From assembly GCA_028869495.1 (NCBI GenBank), contig JAGWRY010000432.1:1-33490 (forward strand): a stretch of 33,490 nucleotides of DNA. Reading direction: 5' to 3'. The DNA is from Elusimicrobiota bacterium. Its GTDB lineage: Bacteria > Elusimicrobiota > Elusimicrobia > UBA1565 > UBA9628. Every line of letters starts with the position of its first letter. Position 1 is the first letter of the stretch. Below the pieces are notes generated by a model that saw only the letters and a list, made by a program, of their open reading frames with translations, was not told the DNA's origin and ran no database searches. The position numbers and the translations under genes are program-made. Shown here in pieces: positions 32,190 to 33,490 of the stretch.

Positions 32190-32198
32190 ATTCTACCA
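32190..32198 (-). promoter_or_regulatory. Extended -10-like box TGGTAGAAT, 8 nt upstream of the SSS ATG
   Basis: The minus strand reads GGGGATTGGTAGAATCCCCCCGCATG. The box sits in a 7-bp inverted repeat (32186-32204). Confidence 0.35.
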
Positions 32199-32224
32199 AT
32201 CCCCGCGCGCCGCGTCCCGGCGGC

Positions 32225-33250
32225 CTAGTGGAAGCTTTTCGCGATGCGCGCCATCAGCTCGCGCGAGACGTCGCCCATCAGCGTGTAGTGGCGCGCGCCG
32301 ACGCTCCACTGCAGGACGTTGCCGGAGAGCGAGACGTCCAGCGGCCCGGGCAGGCGCGTCGTGCCGGGAGCGGCCCGGGCGTTGCGGGGCAGGCGCACCG
32401 GGCGGTCGGTCTGGAACAGCGACAGCGCGGTCAGGCCGTCGGTGTAGCGCGCCTGGCGGACCGGGCTGTGCATGACCGGGAAGACGTCGGCGCTCTCGAA
32501 GACGAAGCCGCCGGGCAGGCGGTCCGGCAGGTGCGTCGCGCCGCCGCCGGCCGCCTTGAGCTGGGCGCGGGTGAGGAACTTCGGGGCCAGGCCGCGGGCC
32601 TTGATCAGGCCGCTCGTCGACGGGTCGATGTCGAACAGCGCGTCGTCGGCGGCCTTGCCGGGCTCGAAGGCGATGAACTCGGCCTGGCTGGCGAAATGAC
32701 GGCGGGGGAGGTAGCGCTTGTTGCGCAGGACGACGCGGGTCTCGCGGTCGAGCCAGAGCGTCTGCCAGGACTTGCCGGCGACGCGCGGCTTCAGCGTCAG
32801 GCGCCAGGTCGGGCGGCCGGCGACGTTGTCGCCGGTGCTGGCCAGGAGCTCGTAGTTGGCGAGCAGGGCCGCGCGCTCCTGGTCGGCGGGCAGGACCTTC
32901 TCGTAGCCGCCGGCCGCGTGGCCGAGGACGGTCTTGCGCGCGCGGACCAGGGTGACGGCCTCCTCGTCGCCGTTGCTGACCAGCACGCGCACGACGTTGC
33001 CGTCCGGGGACAGGAACTCGCTGCGCTCGCGCTTCGGCGGCAGGGAGTAGACGCGCAGCTCCTCGGCGCGCGTGCGCCGCCCGTACCACTGCGTGACCAT
33101 CACGCGCCCCTCGTACGGGATCGTCGGGGCGGTCAGGGCCGCGTCGAGCAGGGCCTGCGGAGCGGGCAGGCGCGCGGCGCGGGCCGGGGCGGCGGCCAGC
33201 GCGGCCGCCGCCAGGCTAATTAGAGCCGCCGGGATCGGAGGCGTCCGCAT
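32225..33250 (-). CDS. MucB/RseB-like periplasmic regulator of an ECF anti-sigma factor
   Basis: 341-aa ORF with the signal peptide MRTPPIPAALISLAAAALAAAPARA. Its size, two-domain layout and C-terminal HYTLMGDVSRELMARIAKS resemble RseB/MucB. It follows a TM-containing partial gene. Confidence 0.6.
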   Translation of the reverse strand: MRTPPIPAALISLAAAALAAAPARAARLPAPQALLDAALTAPTIPYEGRVMVTQWYGRRTRAEELRVYSLPPKRERSEFLSPDGNVVRVLVSNGDEEAVTLVRARKTVLGHAAGGYEKVLPADQERAALLANYELLASTGDNVAGRPTWRLTLKPRVAGKSWQTLWLDRETRVVLRNKRYLPRRHFASQAEFIAFEPGKAADDALFDIDPSTSGLIKARGLAPKFLTRAQLKAAGGGATHLPDRLPGGFVFESADVFPVMHSPVRQARYTDGLTALSLFQTDRPVRLPRNARAAPGTTRLPGPLDVSLSGNVLQWSVGARHYTLMGDVSRELMARIAKSFH

Positions 33251-33490
33251 ACAGGTCCGTCATCTGGTCCGAATACGTCGACGAGGCCACCAGGTGCTCG
33301 GCGGGGAGCAGGGCCTCGGCGCTGTAGCGGGCGTGGGCGGCGAGAAGGGGCTCGAGCGGCAGATCCGGGAGCGGCGCCGGGCGGCGGACCCAGAGGCCGA
33401 TCGCGAGCGCGGCGGCCGCGACGGCCCCGGCGGGGATCCACAGCGCGCGGCGCGCCAGGACGCGCCAGGCGCCGCCGCCGACCAGGCGCC
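33216..33490 (-). CDS. 3' part of a membrane protein, putative anti-sigma factor (5' end outside the window)
   Basis: This ORF is not in the track. My manual translation of the third minus-strand reading frame counted from the window's right end gives RLVGGGAWRVLARRALWIPAGAVAAAALAIGLWVRRPAPLPDLPLEPLLAAHARYSAEALLPAEHLVASSTYSDQMTDLYADASDPGGSN, ending at TAG 33218-33216. It has one TM helix and strongly G/C-rich third positions. It overlaps the RseB-like start by 35 nt. The track's 73-aa ORF here is in a different frame and is Arg/Pro/Gly-rich. Confidence 0.4.
   Translation of the reverse strand, partial: RLVGGGAWRVLARRALWIPAGAVAAAALAIGLWVRRPAPLPDLPLEPLLAAHARYSAEALLPAEHLVASSTYSDQMTDLYADASDPGGSN

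Noticed and set aside
33220-33441. The 73-aa minus-strand track ORF upstream of the RseB-like gene.
   Set aside because: Its translation is Arg/Pro/Gly-rich. A different frame, open to the window edge, has a TM helix and G/C-rich third codon positions, and is the more credible coding frame.
1-33490. I scanned for CRISPR repeats, tRNA/rRNA-like segments, IS inverted repeats, integrases, toxin-antitoxin pairs and recognisable defence genes.
   Set aside because: There are no direct-repeat arrays and no cloverleaf-like or rRNA-like non-coding stretches; the longest non-coding gap is about 175 nt. There are no transposase, integrase or nuclease/ATPase defence signatures. The window looks like core chromosome with one accessory-looking transport/RLP block.

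Overview
This is a very GC-rich (about 70% or more by eye) bacterial chromosomal window that is almost entirely coding. I support about 40 CDSs. I saw no rRNA, tRNA, CRISPR array, IS or transposase, integrase or phage genes. Many long 'ORFs' in the supplied track are high-GC shadow frames. I chose real frames by family-level motifs, amino-acid composition, G/C-rich third codon positions and start/stop coupling.

Gene layout:
- **Minus-strand housekeeping string (25051 down to 14303):** infC (non-ATG start, missing from the ORF track), rpmI, rplT, pheS, pheT, a zapB-like gene, zapA, rarA, a beta-carbonic anhydrase, a 498-aa polytopic membrane protein, a small membrane protein, xseA, xseB and a membrane protein.
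- **Minus-strand chain of six genes joined by ATGA/GTGA overlaps (5764 down to 1351):** tlyA, a response regulator with a Cys/His-rich tail, a GT4 glycosyltransferase, a nucleotidyltransferase-like gene, a GT2 (GtrB/ArnC-like) gene and GtrA.
- **Plus-strand trio:** a degenerate FolD-like protein, an EamA transporter and adenosine deaminase.
- **Minus-strand accessory-looking block (32181 down to 25999):** an SSS symporter, a TauE/SafE permease, a UPF0182 membrane protein and a short RuBisCO-like protein (form IV).
- **Others:** lhgO, an RluA/RluD-type pseudouridine synthase, a DUF155/RMD1-like protein, a HAD hydrolase, rimO, a beta-barrel outer-membrane protein, a MucB/RseB-like protein and a partial anti-sigma-like gene at the right edge.

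Items most worth a second look:
1. The orphan RuBisCO-like protein and its linkage to UPF0182, TauE and SSS.
2. The FolD paralogue with all remembered catalytic and cofactor motifs altered.
3. A recurrent TGGTAnnnT box 6-8 nt upstream of start codons, which suggests leaderless transcription units. Two copies sit inside near-identical hairpins.
4. A roughly 520-bp convergent overlap of add with a TauE gene that has no stop codon.

Nothing here looks like a recognisable defence or mobile system. All functional calls come from by-eye motif recognition, not from searches.
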